Positions 10,381 to 24,026 of a stretch of DNA of 40,807 nt are shown in pieces. This DNA comes from Perkinsus chesapeaki ATCC PRA-425. Taxonomy: Eukaryota; Protista; Perkinsozoa. The position numbers and the translations under genes are program-made. How positions within the stretch are numbered: position 1 is the stretch's first letter; each line of letters starts with the position of its first letter. The stretch is taken from the NCBI GenBank assembly GCA_013115145.1, contig JAAPAO010000309.1, forward strand, positions 1 to 40,807, read 5' to 3'. The notes beneath the pieces are model-generated. The model saw only the letters and a program-made list of their open reading frames with translations, was not told the origin of the DNA and ran no database searches.

Positions 10381-11159
10381 TTCAAGAAAAAGATTATACA
10401 AAGGCATCAAATTAGCACACTATCCTATCACGGATAGCTTACCAGTTGGTCTGCATTGAGATATGAGAGACGGTCTCTAAGCGGTGCTTGAGCTCCATCA
10501 TGGGGCTTCCAATCTTCGCGAGACGAGTTTCTTGGCAGATTGTCAGCGTGCGACAGTGTGGATGTTAGTATGGTCACACGTGTCCTGGACTTTGATGGCG
10601 AGTACCACTCATCGAGTCGTGTGCCAGATGTCGACGCCTGCTCATCCAACGCTGTCGGTTGCACTCTACAGACGATCCGTAACGGGTTCTTGCAGGAGAC
10701 CAGATACGTATAGAGCGAGCCATTTTTAGTAGCTTGAGTATTTTCCCTCGGACATAGAGGTGTGCATCGCTAGCTTCCCAGGAACTCGCAAGAAACATGG
10801 CACCCACTGCGAGAAGAAGGCAAATGTTTTAGCGAAGCTCACTGACCTGGAGTCACGTTAGCGGAATTCTGACGCGCAGCTTCGCGCACGCAAACTATCC
10901 GTAGACCTATAGAATCAATGCACAAGCGGTGCTTCGTATTTAGTGCAAGTGAATAAAAAGGGGTCCATTTTAAGAGGTTTAACTGATTGAACGCAACTCG
11001 CTGGTTTGCAAGTTTCGACCTGAAACTTGAATCAAAATAAATGGATAGGCCGTCCGAGGGCAATAACAACAAACCATTCCGATCACAAGTTAGGATGAAA
11101 TCGGAGGGAAATCCGGAATATCATCAAGTCTCTGGGACACTGGTCTATAATGTCCCATT

Positions 11160-12169
11160 CTACGCAACCTTTTTATGCATGACAATCTTCACTTTAAGGA
11201 CCGAGATCGAAACCTCGATAGTCTCAGCTTCGCTGAAGTAAATCAGCGACACTTCTAACAGAGCATAACGACCTGCCTGATTAACTGCTGCTCACCTCCA
11301 ACAATTGGCCTGTATGGTACAGGGATGTCAGTGTAGTTGAGAATAATTACTGGTCCCCACATTGTGTAGGAGATACCGGATAGTACCACATTCACTCCCG
11401 AAATCGTGACGTTCCTACAAAAAACCGCGGTACCCAAATAAATGAAAGACGTTGGGCAACGTCCTCCTACAATTCTTGTACGATCGTCTTGGTTTCTGGG
11501 AACAGCGCCGACATCTCATAGGTGGCTGTGCCGTTGGTGGTGTTACCAGCGTAGGTACCGACAGGGTGTTCTAAGAGGATGTACGAATGAGAAGCTGCAA
11601 CCTTCCAAGCAGTCACGGTCTCTGAAGTTTCCCTTACCATAGCCAGGTGGTGCCGTAGTTGTGGGCCCGGGTGTGTGCGTAGTTGTGGGCCCGGGTGAAG
11701 TGGTGGGGCAGACGGTTGTAGTCACATTCCCTCCACAGAAGACGGGCCTATCTTCGGGACACGCCGTGGGGTGAGTGTTGTAGAAACACGTAGTGTTGTC
11801 GGGAAGATAGTAACTATAAGTAAAATCCCACCCTTTACTTGGATCGATGCTTACAATCCTTGGCAAACTCCCCTGCCCGAGTGACCCCTGGACTTACAAT
11901 ACGAACCAAAGTGGCCACAGTCGCTCATGTTGTTAGATCCACAGAGAGCTTGACATTCGTCCTGACCATGGGAACATTAGTGTGTGAGAGTATCGGACAT
12001 TATGTGCCATCTCTCGCAGTGCGAGGGACTCGCTTTTCGTGCTACCCCTTACGTTTGCCGGGCTTAGCCCATAGCTTAAAGAGCTACCGCCGCCATGTGA
12101 CTGCTCCATGGTCGAGAGGCTTTGAAAGAAGCCCCCGAGAATCCAAATTGCAGCAGTGTTGCCGAACAT
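11160..12169 (-). CDS. Secreted protein: signal peptide, 8-Cys module, Thr/Pro linker and beta-rich C-terminal domain; spliced
   Basis: MFGNTAAIWILGGFFQSL...|DECQALCGSNNMSDCGHFGSYCKSRGHSGRGVCQGF|YYLPDNTTCFYNTHPTACPEDRPVFC-GGNVTTTVCPTTSPGPTTTHTPGPTTTAPP...HPVGTYAG...|EVSLIYFSEAETIEVSISVLKVKIVMHKKVA*. One internal junction near 11440-11480 is unresolved. Confidence 0.7.
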
Positions 12170-13402
12170 GTTGGATCCTGGGAAGTTTGGAGGTGAGACA
12201 AGAGAGTATTAGGCCCGGCTTGGGTTGATCACTGCGCGGTGTCACCGAAACTGTCGTGACTGCACGCATGCGCATACTGTTCTAACTGCAATGCAAATTC
12301 CTACCGGAGGTGCGGGGCTTGATATGGGCGGATTGTTCACAACGTATAGGCAGACTCCACGTGTCTTACACTATATGTAAATTACTTTCCTCTAGGACAG
12401 TTACCATCCAATATATTTCATTGCAATGGACGGTCACGCGTTGTGACGTCACGAAACTCGGCCAAATGCTGGAAGCCATTATAGTAGTCCATGTGATGCC
12501 CAGCTTGAAGGACGGGAAGCCTGTTGCACCTCCACGTTTTCCATTCACCCCTTTGGTAACGTGAGCACTCTGTGCGATGTGTTCGCCGAATCAAAACCAT
12601 GTCCACCACGCAGTGTCCTGGTAGTATGGCCTTATATGTGTGGTATCTCTAGATGAATGAATCGTGCCCTCATGTTAGGCACGGGACTACACTCATTGGA
12701 TATCATTTGTTCCTTTCCCGGCATGACTTTATCCTTCTGAGGAGTGAAAACCAATCTCTACTCTACCTCTTTTGCTATCGCCGACCAAAAGCCCATCCCC
12801 TGCTCATAATAGCCACTTTTAGCTGCCTCTTAGTCATCCGCTTTCGTTGCTCTCAGCAAAATCTTCGCCTTTTCATCTTTTCGTGTCCGACCCTCGCTCA
12901 CATATACACCTTTACATCGGCGGGAGCAATCCAGAAGGGCACGCCGTTCCCTAACGATTGCTCAAAACTCTAAAGGTCGAGTAGGCGATGAAAGCGGGAT
13001 AGCAATAACCGATGGTCACTTTGCAGACAGCCTGAGGATATCCGTTGGACAGCGAGGCGATGTTAACTGCCGAGGCTGACGAACACAACAAAAACAGTCG
13101 CGACATAAAAAATCTCTACGCACTAGAACCGTATCCTTTCAACATCGACTAACTTTTTGAGCTCGCGTAAAGAAGCGAGCCGGAGCCACTCGATCTCTGG
13201 CGCCACCCCACGTCTATCGCATGGATTAACTACTCCTCAGACTTGACACCTGGCATCACAAGCCCAGTTCATCAGAGCAAAGACCGCTGGGTACATATGA
13301 AGGTGGCATAACTCATCCGAAATATAAATGAGGGCGGCTACGAATAACGGGAAAGGGGGGAAACTGAAGGGACACTGTAAAGCCATACTAGCGAATAACG
13401 TG

Positions 13403-13952
13403 TTAGTCGGAAAAGTCATTCTCTACGTTAGCGTCTGTAGCTACCAGAGAACACTTTCCGTATATTAGCATCCCAAGGTCCTTTGCACCTAGAGAGTAGG
13501 CGAGGTTCACCACTTATAACCAACTCAATCTGGTCTAGGTAGTCGTAGTGACGCATAGCAGCAAACTCCTTCTTGGTGAAATAAAATCCTTCAAAGTCAC
13601 GGTCATTGACGAACGGCTGTGGGGCATCAGAGCCTCGATTGTAATGCATCGGTACATGCTTCAGCCCACGCTTATTCCTCCACCACGGAGCGAACCATCT
13701 ATAGTTGTACTGTTGATACTCCATAAAGGTCTTATCCCAGAAAGTAACCTCATGGCGAACGTATAGTTTCTGGAAACAACTGCCATAAACAATCTCGATG
13801 CAATACTTAGCAGGCAGATGATCAATCAGATGACCAATGCTCAAGATGGCAAGCCACAAATAAGAGATGATACGAGCATCTAAAGAACTGTTTTCTGTTC
13901 TTTTTGCGATCACACTGAAAGAACAATGCGCTATGAGATCCACCGCAAACAT
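13403..13952 (-). pseudogene. Orphan secreted-protein family copy 4, altered start and C-terminal frameshift
   Basis: The core is intact, but there is no ATG at the position used by the paralogs (nearest in-frame ATG is 13952). A 1-nt shift gives FSGSYRR* at 13428, and the ancestral ATDANVENDFSD* is out of frame, ending at 13403. Confidence 0.65.
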
Positions 13953-14806
13953 TCTGGAGCGGCAGCTGTCCACCAGTGACACTAATAATAGTTCGCCGGT
14001 ACGTCGCTAGTGAAGTGTTATTATTGGGCAAGACTTCCATGAATAGTGACGTATTTAAAGCATGGAGAACGCTCCTGGCCCACTTTAATGACTGTAAAAT
14101 AAAATTCGTATCGAAGATGCAGATTCAAAGAAGTCTTCAAGGTGTCGCCCGGATCCCCAGGCTCCACGCGTAGAGTTCGATTAGTGAGCTATGATTATGT
14201 GGTTTGTCATCATGGATTGCTCATAGCTTGATCTGGCCTTAATCTTGATCTTCTTTCTCAATGTGGTTTGACAGAGAGCCTATGTCACTCTATAAGGTTC
14301 GTAGAACTCCCAGCGCACACTGTCTACGGCACTGTCACAGTCTCGATGACGCGGCTCGGTGTAGTCCTCCATCGCATGTATTTGTCTCGTCTTTTGAGTA
14401 GGATGGAAGGCAACAGCGCTTGCTTAGCCTGTGGTACTCAGCCCCAAATGGAGTAGCCCGAAAATCTGGTTTTACAACATGGCTACAGTTTGTGGATCGA
14501 AACTCAGTTAACAAGGCCTTGGAGCTTGCTGCGATGTAGGCTGCAGCGGGCTCACTCCCGGGGACACAGTTTGATTCTCCGTAACATACCTTCAAAGTGA
14601 ATGCTCGAAACCCCTTGCTGAGCTTTGATCTCTCTTTTTTATTTACACTTATTATTTGGTGAACTTAGGTGCGTATGGTCTCTCTTTATGTCCTCTACCG
14701 CGCTTTCGCTTGGTATTCGGTAACGAAGGAGGTTTATGAAGAACTGGTCGACAACGCTACCCTCAGCTTGTCCAAGAAAAACATGAAAATTTGATAATGT
14801 TATCGT

Positions 14807-16827
14807 TCAGCCACCATGAAGCCGGCTTTTATCTTCTTGCATTATCAGCAGGACTCTACCCCGTTTGCCGTCTCTGACCAAAAGCTGATGAGCCGGAGCG
14901 TGCCAACATATTTCCGATGCAGAGAAATCGGCAGGAAGCTTGAGGCTTGAGCTTTCCGCACCGCAACATGCTTGCTGGGATGTCGTCCAATCGTATATCA
15001 GCTGACCTCCCAAGCAGACTAAACACGTGAATTATGTAATAGGTCGTCCAACCACATGTCGCAAAGAGCAATACACCGTTACCTATGAGGGTATCGTCGC
15101 CATTTAGAGCAGGTTTCCATGTAAAATCGTCGACGCTGCATTGATGGAGCAGGACCGCGTCCAGCTTGAGCTGTTGGCAGCAGCGCCATATGTAAACCAT
15201 GCCCCCTCCTTCTGAAGAAGAAGTTCTGTCAGCGGGCTGCGACATTCGCGATCTCTCTCACCATTTTGAATCGCCAGATAGCTGCCTGAAGGGCTCACTG
15301 CAACTTTCCTTATTCCACACACGCCACTCGGTGAGCCCTAAGATCGCACTGACTCCAACTTTATGCTCCAGAAACTCACCATTGCGATCTTCGTCGATAT
15401 GCTGTCGACGGGCTTATCTGAAATGCTACATTACGATGCTTACAAGCGAGTAACGCCTATCTGTGGTGATAGCACATACAAAGAATCACTCCCTTACATT
15501 TGGAGCCTCCCTTAGTCCTTTCATTCAGCTGATAGACTGTATAGCCCCCAGCCTCCTTGAGGACTTGCATTGACTCCTCTCTCCTGCAGGATCCGATCAA
15601 TGACCAAGTATCTAAAAAGGCGTCCATCCATCCCTCTGAATTTTTCAACTGATCGAGCATCGCTATCTGCGATACCAGGAGACTCTCCTTCCGAAGCCCA
15701 CCTGTATTCCAGATACATATATCCCCATTGACCGTACCAGCGATCAGGAGGCTCTTTTCACGTTCAACTTTTACGGTGGCCAACCCAAACATAGCTGGTG
15801 CTTCTGGCTCGTTCACCGGAGCTTTTAATACTTTAAAGGGTTCCCCTGCTATCGAATAGACATTCAGCAATCCGCCGCTACTCGGCGCGCGAGCCGATGG
15901 AATGTCCCAGACGATGACGTGCGAGTCTTTCACGAAAGGCCATGCGACGCCTTGGGCATCTATTGTTGGCAAGTTGAAGGAAATAACCTATTGTACACTA
16001 CTAAGGGATATACTCGACTTGTCGAAGACTCACTTGTTTAAATGACCTATCTTGAACCTCATGTATCGATAAGAAATCCTTGCACTCCTACACAGGAGCT
16101 GCAATGACCGAAAGTTAGCCTTGTGGACAAGTCTCACTCGTCTGCGCAGAGCTGCTAGATAATGGCCTGACTCGCTGAAGGCAACTGTTGAGATGCTCGC
16201 TGAGCTCCCTAAACCAATGATGATAAGGAAGCGCCAGTTCGACCGTGGTACCATTTCGAGTTGGTATTGGCGATTTTGTGTAATCGATTCGTTGAATGCT
16301 TAACCCACTAGTAAGGCTCCAGATATCAAGTCCCAGAGAATGGCTGCCAATTGCGAGGATGTGTCTATCAAAAATATATCATAGAAGCTGTCAATGAGAG
16401 AAAGACCTCACCGACTGTCCGGCGACCACAGAGCAGCCGCTAGACCTGTGCAGCCCTGTTCAATCAAGCACCGCCAGTCAGGTTGATCGATTGGCGACAT
16501 AATTGTTATAACACCAGATTCATTATGCGCTGCCATAAGGAGCATCGAGTCCGGTGACCAGGAGAGCACAGATAAGCTAGAGCTACTGCTAGATACAAAG
16601 GCTATGGGTATAGTAGCAATGACACGACTATCAGCCCCATACCGCGGCAAACTGCGAACAACTACCCGCGAGCCAGAGAGGCCTGAAGGGTTCTATCAAA
16701 GATAACATGGACGGTTTCCCTCACCCGTCTTTGTGGCCGTGGCCAAGTACTTGCCGTCGGAGGATAAAGCTGCTAGTTGTACTGGATGACAATCATACGG
16801 TATCGTGGTTACATTTCCATGTAACAT
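14807..16827 (-). CDS. WRAP73: WD40 protein WRAP73/WDR8 homolog, multi-exon
   Basis: Segments in order: LSSDGKYLATA; SWSPDS...PDWRCLIEQGCTGLAAALWSPDSR; VAFSESGHYLA; VIVWDIP...LNVYSIAG; GIRKVAVSPSGSYLAIQN; VYIW...LDAVLLH...VDDFTWKP. This matches the WDR8 family layout. Confidence 0.85.
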
Positions 16828-17025
16828 AACGCCTGATGGGGTGGATCAAAAGATCTCTGAAGAAATTTACGAACTTCCAATTGACAAACTCTGAATGCCC
16901 ACCAAGGTGAAATCAATTCCGAGTATCAACTAACGTGCATTTAGTTCCTCTGGTAGTGTACGACGAATGACATAACAGCTACAAAGTCAAGTACAGATGA
17001 CCAGAGTAAAGCAAGACCGGAAGGG

Positions 17026-20000
17026 CTACTGCTGGAAAAGGAATCGGAGGTCTTCGACTGCTAACTTTTGAAGGGCGCCTTGCTCATTGCCACCGACCGT
17101 GCCGTCGAACACCAACTGTTTCTTCTCCTGAACCATTGAGCGTTGACGTGGAAGACTGAGGGTAGCTACCTGTAAGGCAAGTATCCTCTCCTCCACCGTG
17201 TCCTGAGTAATGAACCTCACTGCATTCACAGGCTTTGTCTGCCCAAGTCGATGGGCCCGCTGAATCGCCTGCTGTTCATAGGCGGGATTCCACCAGGGAT
17301 CTGAGCATCTTCTTGAACGTACGGGCCAGGAAGCACTAACGAGCGTAGCCTTGATATTTTACACTAATGCGATGATCCGTTTCAAAGCTAAGAAGGTTGC
17401 AAGCTGTGAACACTCGGCCATGAGAAGCTGGACGTGTTTCACGAATGAAGGACGCATAAAAACAATGCAAGAGTTTCACATGCGCGTGAAACACGGTGCT
17501 ACCGTAGAGGATGGGTATATAATGCATATATCTGCTCACCTAGCAAGAAGACGCTGCTCGCCGCCTGTAGGTTCAAACCTTCTCCACCCGCCTTTAAGGA
17601 TATTAAAAGTAGGGTGAACTCGGGATCCTAATACCACACACAGACGACGGTCCTCCGGTGAGAGGATACCTGAAAATTACCTGCCGGAACGAGAGAAGTA
17701 TGTTAGAGCGTTGTGTCATAGGTATGCCGCCATGGAGAACCTGCAAAGGTGCGCTCCTATTTACAAGGGAGCTACTGGCCATACCAGACAGGATATTCCT
17801 TCTCTGCGCAGTTTAAAGTTGACGAGCTCCAGCATGCGACTGAACTGCGAGAAGACCAGCCTGAGGGGAATATCTTATCAGCAGCAGTGCAGGAGTTTGC
17901 AAGCGCCTCACCCCTTGGCAGTAGGGTCCTGCTCCTTCATCTTGCGAACCTCGTCCAGCAGTGCATCTATCTTGGCAGAGGATTCAAACTCATCAGCTTT
18001 GATGCGATTCAGAATGCTTCTCTTGGATGATCCGCCAATCGTCGGGGATTCCTTAACCACATCTGGCGGAGGTGATGACCCTTGCCGGCTCTCCTCATCA
18101 TCATCGACGGCCTGAGAGTTAGAACTTAATTCAATGAAGACGGTGCTGCCCCTACCTGTCCAAAGGTAACAGTGATAGGAGCGAAGCAAGCCGGGCATCC
18201 AATGCCTCCATTCAATGGCAGTTGAGGTGCCTCACGGAGGAAGTCTCGCACACATTCACTAAAATGGAGTAAGTGAGAATGCCTTGTAAGGAGAATTTAT
18301 CTTACTTGTGGAAACTATGACCGCAGGTGGCCCGAGCTTGAGCCTCATCTTCGTTGCTGGTCCGAGCCGGAATATCATCTTGACAGAGGACCTGCAAGAA
18401 TAGCTCCTGGATTGGCCACTCCGGAATGGTGACGTACGCAGATATCGGCCCTGTCCTGACCGGCGGCGCTCTTAGCTGGTATCGATCCACAGTCCATACC
18501 GTGGACGATCAAATAAGGGTGATCGACGGCCTGATGGAACATATCACACATGGCGGCGCTACGCTGACAAGCCTACCTGCCGCAGTCTTGTCAGGAGATC
18601 GAAGATATGGGCATAGTTATTAAGAACAGTGCCTTCATCAGCGTACACATTAAATCTCAGTTGACTCTGCATTGCCAGGCTCTCATAGAAATCTTTCTCA
18701 CTGGCCGTTAGCTTGGTTTTCCGAATGCTAACTGTCATCGGTGGCAGGTGCAGATCCGCTGCTCTCTCCTCTTTTGTTCGACGTAATAGAAGGCGGTCTA
18801 AGACTTGTGTTCGAAGCTCCTTCAATGCGTCCTTTCCAACACCAGCAAAACCGTGCCTGACCAGATATAGGCTTGCTAAAGCTTCCGGAAGTGCAGGGGA
18901 GTCAGTTTCATACCGCTCTTCTCTCAACCCAATCTAAATTCTGAGTACCCCCATCAAACTTACTTAAGAATTGGTTTGCTTATAGTCTGATTGAAATAAG
19001 AGTAGTGTTGCATCTTCGTATGCCCACAGCGTTTGCAATAGCGGTTATCTTCGAAACGGTAAGCCATCGATTTACAGTTACAGTCCTTCGACTTGCAGAA
19101 ATAGAATGCATAGGGGTCGTTCTTCAAGAACCTTAACAAGCCATAGTTGCTAAAATCTATCATGTGACTCGAATACCGTATCAAGGAGTAGAGCTCGCCG
19201 ACTCTGTTTTGGAGCGGGGTTCCGCTCAGCCCCCACCTGTACTCGGCTCTCAGGGCGTATCTGTAAGAAGCTATAGCCATGAAGAATCACTACGTCAGCC
19301 CATTACGCTCCCAAGGCAGTTGTTGTGGTTCTGCCTTTGATGCGATGAGCCTCGTCTAGGATAACTCTCCCCCACCGAACACTGTGCAACGCAGACTTGG
19401 ACAGATCCAGATCGCTTCGTTCGCAATCTGATCGGGTTGCGATCAGCGGGCAGACTTTGCGGTAAAGACAAACCTGAGGTGTCCTCCCCCTCAACTGCAT
19501 TCTCCTCCTCTCTCCTAGCTGCAGCGCGTGTAATCCTCCCAGCCCTGGTAGCGGTCTTGTCCTTGGCTTGCCTCCCAGTTTTCTTGCTGGTCACCACCTC
19601 GAGGTCACTGTAACTGGACTGGCTGTATTCAGATGAACTGTCATCACTATCAGCGCTGCCATCATCTTCGCTGAGCTCATAGTCTTCGTCATCATCGTTA
19701 GCCTTTGACTTAGCGACTGGTCCCCTGCCAGCCTGGGGCTTAGCAGTCTGTCGTAGTCTGGCCACAGCAGCGGCACGTCTTTTCTGAGCAGCCATCTTCC
19801 GCTTTTTACTGGGGGGAGGGGGCGCATCCGACTCGGAGCTCGACTCCGAAGAAGAAGAAGAAGAGTCCGAGACGGAAAGTGTTGTCTTTGCTTCATTGAG
19901 GAGATCAGATGTATCAGGGCTACTGCTGCCTAGCATTATAGGAGAGGACCGTCTGCCTTCACTTGACTGAGGAGCGGCAGTACTCGCAGCGCTCGCAGCG

Positions 20001-22032
20001 CTCGCTGGGCTCGCTTTCGCCACCTTGCATCGCCGCGAGGGTGCCCGACGGCGGGATGAGGTTGATGGCTCGGCTTTCATTTCAGCCTCCGCCGTATCGT
20101 TAGAGTAGTCCTTAGTCTTTGCTCCCTTTGTGGTCTTCTGTTCAGTAGAGTCTGCTGCGCTTTCTTTGCCGGGAGCCGCCTTAGCGGTCTTCCTCATTCT
20201 GGCGATTCGTTCGTTATCGACTGCCATTCGCACACGAGCCACAAGATCAGCCTTCAGACCGGAGCTATCGAGGCCCAGCTCCCTGCACTTGGATCGCAAC
20301 TCTGCCACTTTGAGCTTGCCGATATCCGTGGCCGAAAGACGCTCAGGCTTCTGCTCACCAGCACCTTCGTCATCCACTTGGTCGCTGGAAGGTTTGCTTT
20401 CATCGTCCTGCATTTCCAGTATAAGTGAGACTAGCTCCGCTCGACGCATATGATTCGGTATCTCCATTCCAGGATATCTGATCTGGTATGATCCTTACAG
20501 GTCATCGTCTACCATCGTCTCACCTGTCCATAATAACCTCTTTAAGCTGCCTCATCGTCATCCGTCTGATGCTGCTCTCATCCAGATCCTCATGCTGTTT
20601 AATTTCTTCGTGTTTGGCCCTCTGCTTTGCCCAGTAATATTCCTTAACCTTCCATATACTCGCCTTCTCTGCATTCTCCATACCAGCCTTCGCCATCACT
20701 TCTCGAAGTACATTGCCCATCGTAGGAGGCTTGTAATCGCTTTCAGCTTTCCTTTTCTTGCCACGAGAGTTCGATGCCTCTGGACTGTCAGGCGGAGCGG
20801 CGCTGGCTGTTGGAATGCCCAGCGTCTTTTTGGCAGCTTCCGCGGCTTCCCTGAATTTACGGTGGGTCTTGCTCTGCTTCGCGGTTTTCTCTGCATCCGG
20901 TCCGCACATGTACTTTTGGTGCCAAAGTAGCTTATCAGGCAAGAAGGCTCGATGGCAATACTGACATATGGCCTTCAGCTTATTCAACTGCTTTCTATAT
21001 TCATACTCCATCGTCTGATAAGTGGTCAGCACGACGTCGAACTTAAGAAGATCTTCTCCTTTTAAACGGTTGCTGCCGTGATATACGTGAACCTTTAGCG
21101 ATTCCGGTCTAAGGTAGCGATGGATCTCGCTATACCACTGCATAACAGCGGCCACCGGACACACCACCAGAGTGGGGCCTTTTGTCTCAGGCAACCGCTT
21201 CATAACGAGAGCCACAGCTTGGATGGTTTTACCCATCCCCATCTCATCAGCCAGGATGCCACCTCTGCACTCTTGTGTGAGCTCCTGGTTACACATCCAG
21301 GCTAGACCTTCTCTTTGGAAGGGAAGAAGAGGAATAACCAACTGATACGGAGAACTAATTTGCGCATGCAGAGAGCAATCCGACTCACCTCATCAGGAGG
21401 CGGGAATTTGTCGACGAGAAGCTTTGACACCATGTGTTTCATTCCACCGATGTCCAGCTCTTCAACGGGTTTCTTTTCATTCCGCTTCTGGAAGACTTCG
21501 ATAAGGCACTCTTTGTTATCATCAGCCAGCTCTTCAAACCCCATGATATTGCTCTTAAACCACTCGGCTGGATCACAACAGAGATTCTCAGCAGACTCTT
21601 CATTCCCTTCCCTAAGAGAACTGAGTCATACCAAGACTCGCAGCAGGAGAGAACTCACCCGCCCACAAGTCCCTCCAGCGTTCCGTTTATCTCCAAGAAT
21701 TTAAACGGCGCACACTCAGCATGAAACCATATGGTAATCGCGCCGAGATTGCCCCGTGGATCCTCTACTGGGTATCCCATCCGCAGCGAGGACTTCGGGA
21801 TCTTGTGCCCACATCGGCGGCAGGTACTCAAGCCAGATTTAGCCAGATCGGTTTCGAATTTCCAACTCTGCAGTGAAGCAGCTTGCTTCTTCTTCAGCTT
21901 GCCCTGCATGTCCTCGGCGATCCAATTTTTGGTGGTGGGATCCCACATGACGCCCGGAGCAGGCTTCTTCAGCTGAGAGTGTTCCGCGGACAAAAAGTTC
22001 TCGAGATCGAACGACACAGGAACGACGTCCAT
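17026..22032 (-). CDS. Rad16/Rad5-like SNF2 helicase-RING copy 1, with N-terminal PARP-type zinc finger and internal SAP domain(s)
   Basis: zf-[21 protein letters not shown]...WFHAEC; [13 protein letters not shown]; [30 protein letters not shown]; [11 protein letters not shown]; [11 protein letters not shown]; LLRRTK; RING C|VLC...CGHSFH; [14 protein letters not shown]; DPWWNP...[11 protein letters not shown]; ends DLRFLFQQ*. Confidence 0.92.
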
Positions 22033-22449
22033 GTGGAAGGAGAATGGGGCGAGGCGCCGCCGCGAATAGTCACAACAGAACTGCGCAAATACTACAAGCC
22101 AACCTTGAACACAGGCCTCGGAAAGCGAGTCTGCGATTGTCCCATCCCAGATTGAACATCTACTCAACTCGGCTAATTGACTATTCGTCTTCTTGCTCGC
22201 ACCTCCGAGGCATCCCTGTCCCAGTCCCATCGTCGTAGCACGCTCGATTTCTCTCGCCAGAAAAATTCCTTGGGCATGACATGTTACGGAGAAGGAGGAT
22301 TGATAAGGAAAGGATTTGAAGATTTGCGGATTTTTCTGTTGTCCACATCGATTGCGAGGAACAGGACAGAGCCACATACAGAGTGCCAACTGGATGAAGC
22401 TAGAAGTCACGCCATTCCGACCTCCGCGAAATACAGCCCATAGCGTATA

Positions 22450-22529
22450 TGACAGCTGTGGGGTTCGAACCCACGCCCTTTCGGACTGGCGCCTTAAGCC
22501 AGCGCCTTAGACCACTCGGCCAAACTGTC
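22450..22529 (-). tRNA. tRNA-Leu(AAG)
   Basis: The reverse complement reads GACAGTTTGGCCGAGTGGTCTAAGGCGCTGGCTTAAGGCGCCAGTCCGAAAGGGCGTGGGTTCGAACCCCACAGCTGTCA. Acceptor, D, anticodon (CTGGC-TTAAGGC-GCCAG), long variable and T arms are all present. Confidence 0.97.
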
Positions 22530-22857
22530 GGTAATGTATAACTCTACCCCCAAGGCCACAAGGGTAAACGAAGGGGTGATTACAACCTGCTGAACGGCAC
22601 TACGCGCCACAAATCCCTCTTATCCCTGGAAAAAGCGTTTTCTGAGCAGCTCAGGTTGAGCTTTGGCGATTTAGTGACATCTCGCCCGTAGCTCCCTCAG
22701 TTCACTCCCTAACAGACCAACCTAATTTTATTATACTGGCCGACTCTCAGAATGTCCTAACGCCCATATACTCCTTCCCTCCCAAGCATACGGCAGTAGC
22801 CAGGCAAGACTTGAACGCAAGAAAAGGGGGCAAGAAAAGAATTAAACTGTCACGTCA

Positions 22858-24026
22858 CTAATACCACGAGGTACTCCTATTAAATCTACAGTTGCCTTTA
22901 CCTGACAAGTTTACGGCATCTGGAGATATGTTGCGATAAACCTCACCACCACTATTTCCTTTTCCTTTACTCCAGTAAGGTCTGCTCCCCGAACCCTTCC
23001 CTTTGAGCCGATGACTAGGCACAAGACGCACCGGTACACCGGGTGAGTGCCGGCTGTTCCTTGGCGAGGTCGCTGCTCCATTCCTCCACGAGTCGAGGTA
23101 CCCACTCCCCCGACTCTCGTTTGGAGTTATCGTATGAAGCTCTTCACTATCGGCGGTTGGAGCGCTATTGGAGGACGTTCCTTCGGAGCTTAGCCTCCAC
23201 GCTCCCAGATACTTCGAACCCTTATCCTTCACAGGCGTGTCAGTAGTATCGCAGTTCATCACATCAGGCATGCCAAGAGATGCCTCTCTCATCTCGTCTT
23301 TGTCGATTGCATCCAATGGTATAAGGGCGGACGGCGACACATAGCCGTCAACACAAAGTGGATCAATTCCCATATGCAGGCTCTCCTGGCTGTCAATTAT
23401 GTCAGCATGGCTCAGAGCTCCATGCTTCTCCCCTTCCGCTTCGACCGGAGTCCTCTTGGGAGACATGGACACAGCAGCCGGCTACGAGAGGACGACTCAG
23501 TGCCCCAGGTGGCTGGGGCCCTCCTACCTGCGTCTCACAGAAGCCTTGCGCTAATACGGCTTTCTTTTTCTGGGTCAGACTCCAGAAGCCCACTACGTGC
23601 CCAGCTAGCCAAGACTGTACACCAGAGACGCTGCAGAGAAGCAATGCCGGCTGAAAGGAGCTGATAACTTTTCTCTTACTTTCTTTCTCGACACAATCGA
23701 GCAAGACCCCGATCGCTGGACACCAACTCCTCCGGAAGGCAATGTATATGGAGGAAGAACGACCGGACACCATCGGAGCTGAATTTGTCTTCCGCTGGAT
23801 ATCCTATTCTCAAATCGCTTTCAAGAATCTTCCTCTCGCACTCGATACAATGCGTTCTACTGTGGCGTGGAGAATCAATGCTGAACCTCCAGTTATCGGC
23901 TACTGCTGCTGCTACCGTTGCTGCATCAGGCAATGTCCAGCATTCTCTTTGCCGGTCCCATATAGCCCCAGCCACCACTGTGGCGGAGCGTGGAGTTATC
24001 GAAGTACTCACCGCCCCCGTGGACAT
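22858..24026 (-). CDS. Stand-alone PARP-type zinc-finger protein with low-complexity tail, 3 exons
   Basis: GAIWDRQRECW...THCIECERKILESDLRIGY...FLHIHC|...SWLAGHVVGFWSL...ETQ|PAAVSMSPKR...KGKG...STSWY*. The introns are in phase. Confidence 0.8.

Noticed and set aside
12300-13230. Short ORFs, possible transposon remnant or RNA gene
   Set aside because: No transposase or RT motifs, terminal repeats, or snRNA/rRNA signatures were recognised.
14345-14560. RRM-like fragment on + (HVFVSSFE*...KSGFTTWLQFVDRNSVNKALEL)
   Set aside because: It has an in-frame stop, RNP spacing that is too short, and no start or splice context. It may be chance.
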